This document shows positions 45,985-56,494 of a stretch of 64,000 bases of DNA, piece after piece. Origin of the DNA: Mantamonas sphyraenae STR306. Taxonomy: Eukaryota > Protista > CRuMs. The position numbers and the translations under genes are program-made. The stretch's first letter is position 1. The number at the start of each line of letters is the position of its first letter. The notes under the pieces are model-generated. The model was not told where the DNA came from. It worked only from the letters and a program-made list of their open reading frames with translations, and made no database searches. The stretch spans positions 210,102 to 274,101 of the forward strand of contig JAPMXV010000050.1 in assembly GCA_026936335.1 (NCBI GenBank), written 5' to 3'.

Positions 45985-46142
45985 CAGCCGGCTGTGCACA
46001 CGGGCAGAGCACGACACCTACAACTTAAAGGTGCGCCTGGCGGTGAAACACGGCGACAATGCCTGCGGAGTTGGTGATACTACCCCGCAGGACCCCTCTT
46101 GTGTATGTGTTTTGTGCTCTGCAAGTCTGCCCATGCCGGCTG
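45985..46142 (-). ncRNA. Candidate Fanzor omegaRNA scaffold
   Basis: Nested inverted repeats just downstream of the Fanzor stop: 45985-45992/46135-46142, 46004-46012/46114-46122 (alternatively 46002-46008/46126-46132), hairpins 46015-46033 and 46062-46091. Confidence 0.6.
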
Positions 46143-46156
46143 CGAAATCAAAATTC

Positions 46157-47641
46157 TCACTCCTTCCCCCCTCCCTGTACATCCGCTCGTAGCTTCCCAG
46201 CAATCCTTGCACTTCTCCTCGTAGGTTGCGCCATCTCTTCCGACTGCTTGTCCTGCTCTTGCAACGTAACCTCGATCACCTCCGTTTTTGGCTGTGCATC
46301 TCCAAACACGCGCTGCAGGCACCCTTTCAGCTCCTCCTCTGCGCATTTCTTCTTCTGCGCTTTCTTGCACCTGGGGCTGAATGCCTCTGGCTCCTTCCCC
46401 GTTGCCCACAAGCACATCATCCGCCACACGATTCCCTGGCAGCCCCGCACATCGCGATCCGAGATGATCGGCAGCCCAATCTTGTCCTGAATGTACGCAA
46501 ACAGAGCCGTGCGGGCGTTGTGGTGGTTTTGGGACCCTCCACAGTGCAGACAGGCCAACTGGCGATCCCACTTCGACACAGTGTGCTCCACCGTGCGTGT
46601 GAGTGCTCGCCCGCACAAGCACACGCTGGACGTGTGCCACTCAGCCACATCCACCCAAGGCATCTCCTCTGCAATCAGTGTGTTGACCCTGTTTGACAGT
46701 GATAGCCCGCCATAGAATTTGCTCTGCGCGAGCAGCACACAGTGCGCTTTTCCGTAGGCCTTTGCAACCTGCCGCGTGATGCTCACCAGGCGCTGAGCCT
46801 CTTGTCGTAGTATCTTTCTGCTGTGTTCATGCTCGGCCCTCCACTTGTGCTTGTCTTTGTGCTTGTCCAACCGTGCCAGCCGATGCAGGTGGGCCTTCGC
46901 TCGCAGGTCCGAGTGCGAAGGGTTGCCGATCTTGTGTTGCAGCAGCTCGTTCCCATCCCACACAAACACACAGTATGTGTCTTTCCGTCTCCCAATGTCG
47001 TCCACGAGGAACACCGTGTCCTTGACAAGCGACGGGTTGCCCTGGATACCCGAAAAGTCCCGTTGGTGTTTCCTTCCCGTACGGCCTCGACCAGGCACAC
47101 GGGCAAGCCAGTCAAACCCCAGGTCGAATCCAAACGCCTGCACGACCTGTTTGCCCAGCCCAGCGCGCTTGGCCGTCACCAGCACGCGCACAAAGTCTTT
47201 GGCAAGTTGCCGCTGGGTGTGCACGTCGTGTGCTTTGCTCAGGTTCCCACGTGCATTGTCGATCGCCCTCCTGAACCCATCAGTGGGCTGGAGGATCTCC
47301 TGCAGGTCGTTGGTCTTTGCTGGTGCGTTCGCGGCTTTGTAGAGAACCACGCGAAGCCTCCCTTCCGGCGATACGCTCCACCCACCGCACCATGCGTCGA
47401 GAATCTGTCGGCTCATGCGGCTCACCAGGGGAGCCATGAAGAGCAGCATCGGCAACGCCGCAAGTGCTGGCGCCGTCAAGCCCGAGTGCTTGTCGACCGG
47501 CAAACCGTGCACTCGGCGGTGCCACGAGGCATCATACTCGGCTACGGACAGGTACTCCTCCATGTACAGGTAGGGAGACGTCCTGACCACGTCCCAATGC
47601 GCCAGTGCATCTGCTTCTGACTTCACTGAGCCCGTTGGCAA
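46157..47641 (-). CDS. Fanzor (eukaryotic TnpB-family RNA-guided endonuclease), RuvC/zinc-finger region
   Basis: RuvC-I VFLVDDIGRR; Fanzor-type RuvC-II VDVAEWHTSSVC-x-CG; second knuckle LACLHCG; RuvC-III SDRDVRGCQGI followed by the Fanzor1-like tail WATGKEPEAF. Confidence 0.8.
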   Translation of the reverse strand: MPTGSVKSEADALAHWDVVRTSPYLYMEEYLSVAEYDASWHRRVHGLPVDKHSGLTAPALAALPMLLFMAPLVSRMSRQILDAWCGGWSVSPEGRLRVVLYKAANAPAKTNDLQEILQPTDGFRRAIDNARGNLSKAHDVHTQRQLAKDFVRVLVTAKRAGLGKQVVQAFGFDLGFDWLARVPGRGRTGRKHQRDFSGIQGNPSLVKDTVFLVDDIGRRKDTYCVFVWDGNELLQHKIGNPSHSDLRAKAHLHRLARLDKHKDKHKWRAEHEHSRKILRQEAQRLVSITRQVAKAYGKAHCVLLAQSKFYGGLSLSNRVNTLIAEEMPWVDVAEWHTSSVCLCGRALTRTVEHTVSKWDRQLACLHCGGSQNHHNARTALFAYIQDKIGLPIISDRDVRGCQGIVWRMMCLWATGKEPEAFSPRCKKAQKKKCAEEELKGCLQRVFGDAQPKTEVIEVTLQEQDKQSEEMAQPTRRSARIAGKLRADVQGGGKE

Positions 47642-50565
47642 ACAACGCCGTCAACCCACCGCCCTTATTGAAATGCGTTGGGGTGAGAACGAGTTGCTTG
47701 TCGTCGCTGTTGAACTGTACACCAGAGCTTTGCAGGTATTGAACGACTGCGTGGTCGACAGTGTCCTCCGCCTGCTCCTCCCCATCGTCCTCTTCCTCCG
47801 TGGTCGTGTCGTTCTGGAAAAAGTTGCGCACGCCCTCGCTGTCCAGAATCTCACCCAAGCGCTGCAGCATTGTGACACCGCGTTCTCCGTGTCGCTTGGT
47901 GTACATACTCTTCACGTGCTCCCTCCACTCATGGGTCGTGTGCGTCTTCTTCCTCTTCCAGTCCACGAACGTCCAATTCGTTGTGCTTACCTCGTGGTTA
48001 GACAGCGTCTTCAGCACCCCGTTCACCGTCCAGTATTCCAACCTGGCGATTGCACACACAGCGAGGTCTCGCGCTGCAGTCACTGCCTCAGGGTTTTGCG
48101 AATCGCCGCCGAGCAGGTCCAGCGCCTCAGCCACACACTTGCCAAAGCGGATGGGCACAGAAGACGCTGTCACCTTTGCCTTGACTTCTGCTGCAGTGAA
48201 CTTGACCAGGGTTTCGCACATGGATGGGGAGAGGGTCGGCTTTGGGCCGAGCTCAGTCGCTGCTTCTGTGTTGCTCCGGGCCGCCTGGAAGGCGAGCTGC
48301 AGCGTTGATACGCTCGGCACAAGCTCTCGATCACGAGAAGACAATACTGCGTTAGCCTTTTGCTTGCTGGCGCGGCTGAGGCGTGCGTCTCCAGCTCGCT
48401 CCCGCTCCTTGGGCTCATTCAGCCGCAGCAGCTTGTTCACGCGTGCCAATTCCTCCACCTTCACGTCGTTGGCAAGCCTCGAAACAGCACACAGCTGTGT
48501 GGCTGCCGTACACTCGTGTGCAGGTGCCCATTGGGAACTCGCATTGCCCAACGACTTTGTGACTTCTGAGACCTCCTTCCAGCGCATCATCTGCAGCAGG
48601 TATTTGAGCAGACCAAGCTGCGTGGTGTCGAGCGTTGTGTCCTGCTGCATCGCCTTTTCCGCACTGCTGCTCGATGCCACACTGCTTCTTTGTGCCTGCG
48701 GATCGTCGCGTGCATCGATTTCGGCATCATCCGTGCGCGATCCCCCGTCTCCCTCGGCGCTGCCTGGTCGCTCACTTTGCAGCCTCTTCACCATATCCCC
48801 AATGACCTTTGCCTCCTCTTTCGACAGTTGCGGACCCCCCTGGGCCTGTGTACTGCTGCTCAAGACGCGGAACGCTTCCTGTAAATCGGCATCCAGAAAG
48901 TCGTCGTCGCGCGGGAGCACAGAGTGCATGCTCACGTTGACCCCCCTCTTGCCGTCCTTGAGCTCCACTTCATGCCGTTTGTGGAATGCAAGTGTGTGTG
49001 GAAGCTGAATGGTGTGTTCAACCAGCACAGGTTCGGCAAGCAGGTTCACGTTGCCTGTGGATGCGCGCGCGTAGGTGCACAGCCTGTTGAGCAGAGCCCA
49101 GTCCATGGTATCCGTGCCCAGTGCCTCCTGCACCACGCCTGCAGGCGTGTATGTGCGCATTCGATCAGAACACGGGGTTGCCCCAGCGGCTCCAAGCACC
49201 GCAACATTTTTCTTGACTGCCACCAGCTTCTTCTTCACAAACCTCAAGCTGAGGCAGTCTTTCGGTGATTGAGATGTCAACGTCTCCACAATCACGGTCC
49301 GCTGGTGCTTCGTGAAGGGCAGGCCCACCATGCCCGTGTGCATCCCGCAAACAAGCGCCCCGACTGCGTTCCGTTCGAGCACCACACCATCCAGCGTGTA
49401 CTCGTGCAACGAGCCGGTGGTGGTTGTACTTCCCTCTGCGTCGTCAGCCTTCTCGATCGCCGTTTCCAGCAGTTGCTCAAACTCGGTCTCAATCACCTCC
49501 AACCGGGCCCCAACGTCCCCTCCCTGCTGCGCCACGTCGTTGAATGCCTGTACATGGCGAACGGCCTGCTGCAGGGCAAGTTTTGCGGCGGTACCATGCT
49601 TGTGCAGCTGCTGAACAACGTGTTTTCCGTGCAGAGGGTCTCCATCATGCGCATCCCCGCCTTGCTTGCCCTCCTCTTCCGCTGTGTTTTCCTCTTCCGC
49701 TGTGTTCTCCTCGTCAGCTGTGTCCTCCTCCTTTCCCGTGTTCTCCTCTTCAGCTGTGTCCTCCTCTTCAGCGGCGCCTTCAAGGTCCGCACACTGAGCG
49801 AATTCGCGGATCGGCTCCGGCGACAACCAGGCCAGGTTGCCTTGGAAGCCTAGCACATACATAACAGAGGGCAGTTTCAGATTGTTGCTGACCACGTCCA
49901 GGCACTCCTCCTCCAATGCTTCGTCCATGGTAACTTCCGTGACCTCAGACGGGATGGCATTCCTGATCAGCCACACCGCCTGCGCCCCGTTGACATCGCT
50001 CGACCCTGCCACTGCAGCAGCACGCTTCTGCCGGCTGTTGGCGCTCTCACCCAGAGACTGCAAGGCACAAAGCCGAGATAGAGAGCGTGTGGCCGCAATC
50101 TGGTCGCCAGGAGGGCATTCCCCACGTGGAGCTGCGTCAAGCGTTGGCTTTGAAGAAACAAAACAGATCTGCTCGTACTTGGCACTGCGCACAAGGCACA
50201 GCAGCTGCCTGATGCCCTTGTGGCTGCTGTTCAGCGTGGTGGTGGACGACGGGCTCTTGATGATCGCAGACGTAACCAGATGCACGTCGACAACGAGTGT
50301 TCTCGCCTCCCGGTTTGTCATATCCCACCCCGTGTGTTGTACATGTTGCAAGCAAAACACCTCCTTGCATGGCTGGAGCTTCTTGCGGGTGCCGTTGTTC
50401 CCAATGGTGGCCAACAACGACACCATTCCCTCGACCGTGGCCTTTCCATCCGAAACCAGTTCGCACAGGTCATCAACCACCCTTTCCTTCTCACTCCGTG
50501 TATCATCCTTCTTCTTCTTGCCTTTTCCTTTGGCATTTCCGCGATTCCGGCCGCCACTGCTGCTG

Positions 50566-50605
<40 letters not shown>

Positions 50606-51401
50606 CAGATGCATCTCTCTGGGCCTGCTCGTTCTCGACGGTCTCTACGACTCTGAAGTACACTGTGAGTGCCAGTTTGAGGCTCTCTAGAGAGTTGGAG
50701 GACAGCTGTGTTTGTGCATGGCCTTCCTCCATGTTCTTTGCCCTCCCCTCCTCACTCTGACGTTGGGTTGCGCGTTCCAAGTCTTCCCGTACTGTTTCAT
50801 GCAGTCCATTCCAGTACGCCTGCCACTCGTCAAGTGCCAGCTCGTCCAGAGAGTCCTGCACCAGCTTCAGGCGTTTTGGCCCTTTCGGTCCTTTCTTCTT
50901 TCCGGAAAACACCAAAAGCTGAGCCAGTTCTTCCTGGTCCAACTCATCAACGCGTGTGAGAGTATCCTTTGGAAGCTGCTCCTCTGCATCATCGGTCTCC
51001 TTGTCGCTCAGCCCATTCTCGGCAGGTGTGCCGTCAGACAATCCCAGGCGCCGCAACAGGTCAAGTTTGGGCGACATGTGCAGCGGTGGGGGAGGTTTGA
51101 GCAGTGTCACCACCAAGCGGTGCTCGTTGTCATACTCGGCGTTGACCACAGAGGGCATGGACTTGGCTACCTCCAGCACTTCATCGTCGGCGATCCCGTC
51201 CATGGTCATGCAGAGTTGGGTGCGTGGGGGCTGGCACGGTCTGCTCGTGAACCTGTTCTTCGACAGCTCCGATGTGTGCCAGTTGGCACCCACCAGTTCC
51301 TTGCGATGGATTCCCAAATAGCGGTCCAGAGTGTTGGCCTGTTGCTGGTCTGTTGTTTCCCTGCGCTCGTCTCTGCCACCTCCGGACTGCACATGCGACA
51401 A
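47532..51401 (-). CDS. Large ORF (1,289 codons; first ATG at 51209), probable N-terminal part of the Fanzor protein
   Basis: Same strand as, and overlapping, the Fanzor ORF; a GT-AG segment at 47659-47626 or a 1-nt shift joins them in frame; no DDE/HUH transposase recognised. Confidence 0.6.
49671..49773 (-). repeat. 18-bp minisatellite encoding ~6 x AEEE(N/D)T
   Basis: Protein reads AEEEDT AEEENT GKEEDT ADEENT AEEENT AEEEGK. Confidence 0.85.
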
Positions 51402-51571
51402 GATTACTAGCAGTGCCTAGAGCAACACTGCGCTCCTCTTACAGCTGATAAGAATGACTTATGTGACCGCTTTTGTTGGAAAATGAACCGCGCTCAGAGT
51501 GTGCACAGCGCGCTGGTTTGGACAAGAAGCGCGGGGGGAGCCAAGAGAGAAAGCTTGTGTGACGATTGATC

Positions 51572-53593
51572 ATGGACGTGAGCTTGGAAGAGTTGAACGA
51601 TTTGTTTGTGAATCTTGGGGTGCATAAGCCGAAGATGACGGAAAAGACGTGCGGGCGGCCGCCGGTAAAGTTCCTTGTGGATCTGTTTACGGCGTGCCGG
51701 CAGCTGGGATTTGGGGAGGAGGAGATCAGCATGGAAGAGATTGCGGCAGCAAAGGCAGACAAGGCGGCGCGTGCAGGGTTCTTTGAGGCGCTGGTGGAGC
51801 TGGTGGCCAAGTATGTGGACGAACCGGTGGAGGTGGAGGTTTCGAACATTTTGACCGGGGCGAAGGAGAAGACAAACGAGACGCGTGTGTTTATGAAGCA
51901 GCTGGCTCAGGCGACGCAGCGGTTTGTGGACGGGGGAGATGGAGGAGGAGGAGGGAGCGGAGAGGAGGAGGAGAAGGAGGCAGCGGCGGCGGCGGCAGCG
52001 GCGGAGGCCGAGGCGCGGGAACGGGAAGCGGCAAGGCTGAAGGAGGCGGAAGAAAGGGAGAGGGAGAGGGAAAGGGAGGAAAGGGAGAGGCAACGGGAAC
52101 GAGAGGCCGAGGAGAGGCGTGCAGCGTAGGTTGGGTGGTGTGGGGAGAGCGAGGGAGCGCGGGGAGCGGGAGAAACGGCCGGAGCCGTTTTTTGGCGCGC
52201 GAAATCAGGAACACTGACACGGGTAGGGGTTGGGCGAGCAGGACAAGAGAGGGAAGAAGCAGCGATGCATGCAAGCACGGACGTGGTGGTGCAGCAGGAG
52301 GAGGAAGAGGAGGAGCGAGAGATGCCAGTGGTGCCGAGCAACGCGCCAATGTTTGTGAGCCAAACGGCCGAGCTGATGAGCTACGTGATGCCGCAGAGCA
52401 ACAAGCGACGGGACGCACTGTTTAAGAACGCCAAGGTTCTGAGCAAGCCGCCGTTCAAGTACATCCGGCAGCTGGTGGCGGAGATTGAGGCACAAAGCGA
52501 CTTTGCAGGATCGGCGTTGTTTGCGGATCTGGAGACGGAGGCGGACCAGAAGGCATTTAAACTGAAGTATCTGATCCGGCTGGTGGCACTGGTGCGCATG
52601 GCAAGCGAGGGGGAATGGGCACTGAGCACGCCATTGGAGGAAGTGGCACGGAACATTGCGGCAGGCGTGAGCCAGAACGAGACAAACTATGTGCTGCAGC
52701 AGCTGATGCAAGCAGTGCTGCAGGGGCGCATCGACTGGGAGAGCGCAATCAACAGCGTGCTGTTTGGAACTGGGGAGGAGGGTGGTGACGAGGGAGAGGA
52801 GGAGGAGCAAGAGGTGGAGCAAGAAGCACAGCGCGCGTCGCGAAGGGAGCCGCCGCAGTCGCCGGTGCCGGCAGACGAAGAGGACGAGGTGGTGCATGCA
52901 CCGCGTCCGACGAGTGGACCGCGAGGACTGGCGCGGCCGACGACGGCAGCTGGAAAGCCGCCGCCTGCGGTGGAGGAGAACACACGGACGCTGAAGCGGG
53001 GGCAGCAAGAGGAGCCCGAGGAGAGCGGTGTAGCGAACGTCATGGGCCTAGACGAGGAGGAGGATGACGACGACGCCATTGTGTATGTGGAGGAGGAGGA
53101 GCCTACGTTTGGCGGGCCGAGCGGAGGGCGGGGCGGGGAGGAGGAGCAGCACGGAAAGCTGGTGGAGAACATCCTGCAGACGCAGATGGGTGGGCCGCGG
53201 ACAAGCGAGGCGCCGGTGAATGTAGAAAAGGACAAGCGGGCGCGAGAGAAGCTGGAGAAGGAGATCGGGGTGCTGACCAACAGCATCCAGGAACTGACAA
53301 AGGCAGCGGATCCGATCGGGCGGGTGATGGAGTTTGCGAGCGTGGACCTGAACAACATTGCCACGGAGTACGAGCAGTGGCGGAACGAGTATCGCAAGAC
53401 GTCTGCGGCGCTGGTGGAGGCCACGCAGGAGACGGAGCGTGCGCTGGCAAGCAAGCGCGAGCGGTTGGAGGGGATGGAAGGGCAGATTATGGAGCAGCAA
53501 GCAAAGCTTCAGGCATTGAAGGCGAGGGTGTTGAAGAACGATGAGATGGTGCAAAAGAGGCTGCGGCAGATTGTGCACGGGCGAGGTGCGTGA
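51572..53593 (+). CDS. IFT54: IFT54 / TRAF3IP1 (MIP-T3) with two CH-like domains; probable intron ~52120-52241
   Basis: KPKMTEKTCGRPPVKFL and LSKPPFKYIRQLV...NIAAG..ETNYVLQ (MIP-T3 N-terminal motif, twice); C-terminal HGKLV..IL and IQELTKAADPIGRVMEF..EYEQWRNE coiled coil. Confidence 0.8.
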
Positions 53594-53615
53594 TTGCGTG
53601 GGTGGGGGCAAGGCA

Positions 53616-54896
53616 ATGCAAGAACAAATGACATCGTGTTGCCTCGTCAAGTCTAAAAATCAATGGGAAGCGTTGCTGTCGGGTGTGGGCAGGGTGGACG
53701 TGGAGGAGGAGGTGGAGGAGGCGTTGAGGTTGCAAGGAGAGGTGAGTTTGGGGTGTGGGGGGGTGTGGGTGGGTGGGCGGGATTTGGGGCTGACGAGACA
53801 TTCTCGGAAATCAGAGGATGAGTTTGGGAGGCGCAGACATCCCAGAATCCGGGTTTGTGCTGCTGGTGAGGGGGCTGCTGGGTACAGAGACGACGTTGCG
53901 TATGCTGTTGCTGGACGGGAATGGGTTTGGGGACAGTGTGGCCGAGGTGTTGGGGGACGTGCTGCGAGAGAATCAAGTTCTGGAGCGACTGTCGGTGACT
54001 GGGAACCAGATCGGAGGCGACGGTGCAGTGGCGTTGGCAGATGGAGTCGCGGGGAATGAGACGCTGTTGGAGTTGAACGTGAGTTTCAACGCGATTGGCG
54101 ATCGTGGGGCGTGCGCGTTTGCGAGGGCGCTGGCAGGAAACCAGACGCTGCAGTGGCTGCACTTGAGCAGGAATGGCATCGGGGATCGCGGTGCATGTTG
54201 TATGGGACGTGTACTGGAGGATAACACCAGTTTGCAGTGCTGTACCTGAGCCACAACGAGATAGGGGAACTTGGGTTCAGGGCTCTCGCGGAGGGGTTGA
54301 CGTGGAACAAAAAGCTGCTGGTGTTGAGCTTGATGGAGGCTGGGGAGGGTGTGGCGCATCCAAATGTGTTTCAAAGTGCGATGTCTGTGAACAAGAGCTG
54401 TGTGGGGATCATGGGCGTGCGTTTGGGCACGGTTGCGATGAACAAGGTGGATGACAACATGTTTCGGGCACGCGACTTTGTCGCAGCTGCACAGGAGGGC
54501 AACGTGGAGGAGATGGACAGGATACTGCGAGATGGGGTGTCGATTGAGACGACAGGGAGCGCGACAGTCGGCGGAAGCTGGCCGACGGCGTTGGAGGCTG
54601 CGGTGCAGGCAGGACAGCAGAGTGCGGCCGAGGCGCTGGTTGCATGGGGGGCGGTTGTCAAGAGGAAAACGCGCATGAGGATAAGGGACAACGGGTGGTG
54701 GAAGTCGGAGTGGCATTGGATGTGGGGCGCGGAGGTGGATGAGGTGATGGAGACAGCGTTGGTGATGAACAGGGAGGAGAGGGAGGAGATGTTTGAGTGT
54801 GGGGGGATGGAGGAGTATGTGGAGGAGGGAGGGTGGGAGGGGTGGGTGACATTGCCGGATGAGGTGATGGAGAGGGTGTTGCGCTGGGCTGCGTAG
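53616..54896 (+). CDS. RI-type LRR protein with ankyrin-like repeat (paralogue 1); intron 53742-53814, apparent frameshift near 54237
   Basis: 28-aa LxxLxLxxNxIGDxGAxALAxxL repeats; FVAAAQEGN...TALEAAVQAG ankyrin-like motif. Confidence 0.75.
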
Positions 54897-54909
54897 GTCA
54901 GAGCCACGA

Positions 54910-56464
54910 ATGAACAGGAAGGGGGGATGGAGAGACCTGTTGCATTGTGGTGACGAGGAGCTCATTCGTGGAAAGTTGGATGCAGAGGAGGTACGTGGGT
55001 GTGGGATGGGCTTTGTAGGTTGGGGTGGGAGCTGGGGAGCTGATTCCGTGAAAAGTGGTTGGAGCTGCGGCAGATGGACATCGACGTGGACGCAGCAGTG
55101 GCTCTGGGAGATGCACTCTGCTTGAACACCAGCCTTCTGGTGCTGGACCTGTGTTTTAACGCGCTTGACGCTGAGGCGGCACGTGCGATGGCCAAGCCGC
55201 TGAAAGCGGGCTCGTGTTTGAAGACGCTGCTTTTGAGGAGCAACCAGATCGGGGATCATGGTGCGGAAGTGCTCGCAGAAGCTCTGAAGGAAAACCAGAC
55301 GCTGCGCAAGTTGGACTTGGGCGGGAACCGGGTCGGCGACGGAGGGGCGCAGGCGCTTGGCGCTGCTCTGGCCACCTGCAGCCTGCAGCATCTGATTCTG
55401 TGGGACAATGAGATAGGAGACACAGGGGCAGCTGGTGTCGCTGAGGGAATGCGACTCAGCCGAAGTCTGTTGCGCTTGAGCTTGGAATCGAATTTCATCG
55501 CGGACGACGGGGCGCAAGCGTTGGCGCAAGCCTTGGATGGGCATTGTCCACTGGCTGTTTTGCTTCTCAGCAACAACGAAATAGGCAGTGATGGCGCGCG
55601 GGAGCTGGCCCAGGCATTGAGGTGCAATCCAAAGCTGGAAGTGTTGAGTCTGAACGGAAACGAGATCGAAGATGGGGTTGTGGAGCTCGCAGAGTGCTTG
55701 AAGGACAACAAGAAGTTGCACACACTTAAGTTGTGGGAGACTGAGCTGGATGATGACGGAGCTCGGGCTCTCGCCCAGATGCTCCGCGTGAACAGTTCGA
55801 TTCAATTTTTGGAGCTCTACAACAACGAAATCGACGTGGAGGGTTCCCTGGACCTCGCGGACATGCTTAGTGTGAACAGCACACTGCAAGTCTTGGACCT
55901 GGACGACAACCCGTGCAATGACGACGAGTCTGTGGCAGCCGCGTTTTCACAGGCCATGGAGACGAATCGAAGCTGCTGGGCGGTAGACAGTGCGGGTGAT
56001 CGTGGAATCCACGAAAAGCTCGGAAACAACATGCGACAGGCGTTGGATTTTGTACAGGCAGCCCGCGCAGGTGAGATGCAGGAGTTGTCGACGTTGAGGG
56101 AGTGGGGAGTGCCTGTTGACACATGCGCCTGCAACGATGGAGTGACTGCAGTGGAAGCAGCTGTGGAGAACAGGAAGGATTATGTGCTGGAGGTGTTGCG
56201 GGGGTGGGGCGTGAAGCCAAGGGTGGAAGCTGTGGAGATGGTGAGGGAGGCAGGGTGGAGGAAGGCGTGGCATTGGATTGGGTGGGGTGCGGAGGTGGAC
56301 GAGGCGATGGAGGTCGCGTTGGTGATGAATGGGGAGGAGAGGGAGGTGATGTTTGAGTGTGGGGGGATGGAGGGGTATGTGAGGAGAGAGGGTGGGAAGG
56401 GTGGGTGACATTGCCAGATGAGGTGATGGAGAGGGTGGTGCAGTGGGTGGGGAGGGGAGGGTGA
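54910..56464 (+). CDS. RI-type LRR protein with ankyrin-like repeat (paralogue 2); intron 54991-55055, apparent frameshift near 56381
   Basis: About 10 RI-type LRRs; FVQAARAG...TAVEAAVEN; C-terminal WGAEVDE.ME.ALVMN.EERE.MFECGGME shared with paralogue 1. Confidence 0.8.
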
Positions 56465-56494
56465 GTGGGAAGGGTGTGAGAATGTAAGGGTGGT

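Larger units (their letters stand above)
45985..51430 (-). mobile_element. Putative Fanzor element or domesticated derivative; ends not resolved
   Basis: Fanzor ORF plus structured 3' RNA, inserted between two ciliary genes; lacks the local G-rich plus-strand skew; no TIR or TSD identified. Confidence 0.45.

Noticed and set aside
51408-51432. Small hairpin gcagtg/cactgc and ctag repeats as the Fanzor left end; search for TIR/TSD
   Set aside because: Only a 6-bp stem, and no matching inverted repeat or target duplication is visible near 45975-45985. The ends cannot be called from one copy.
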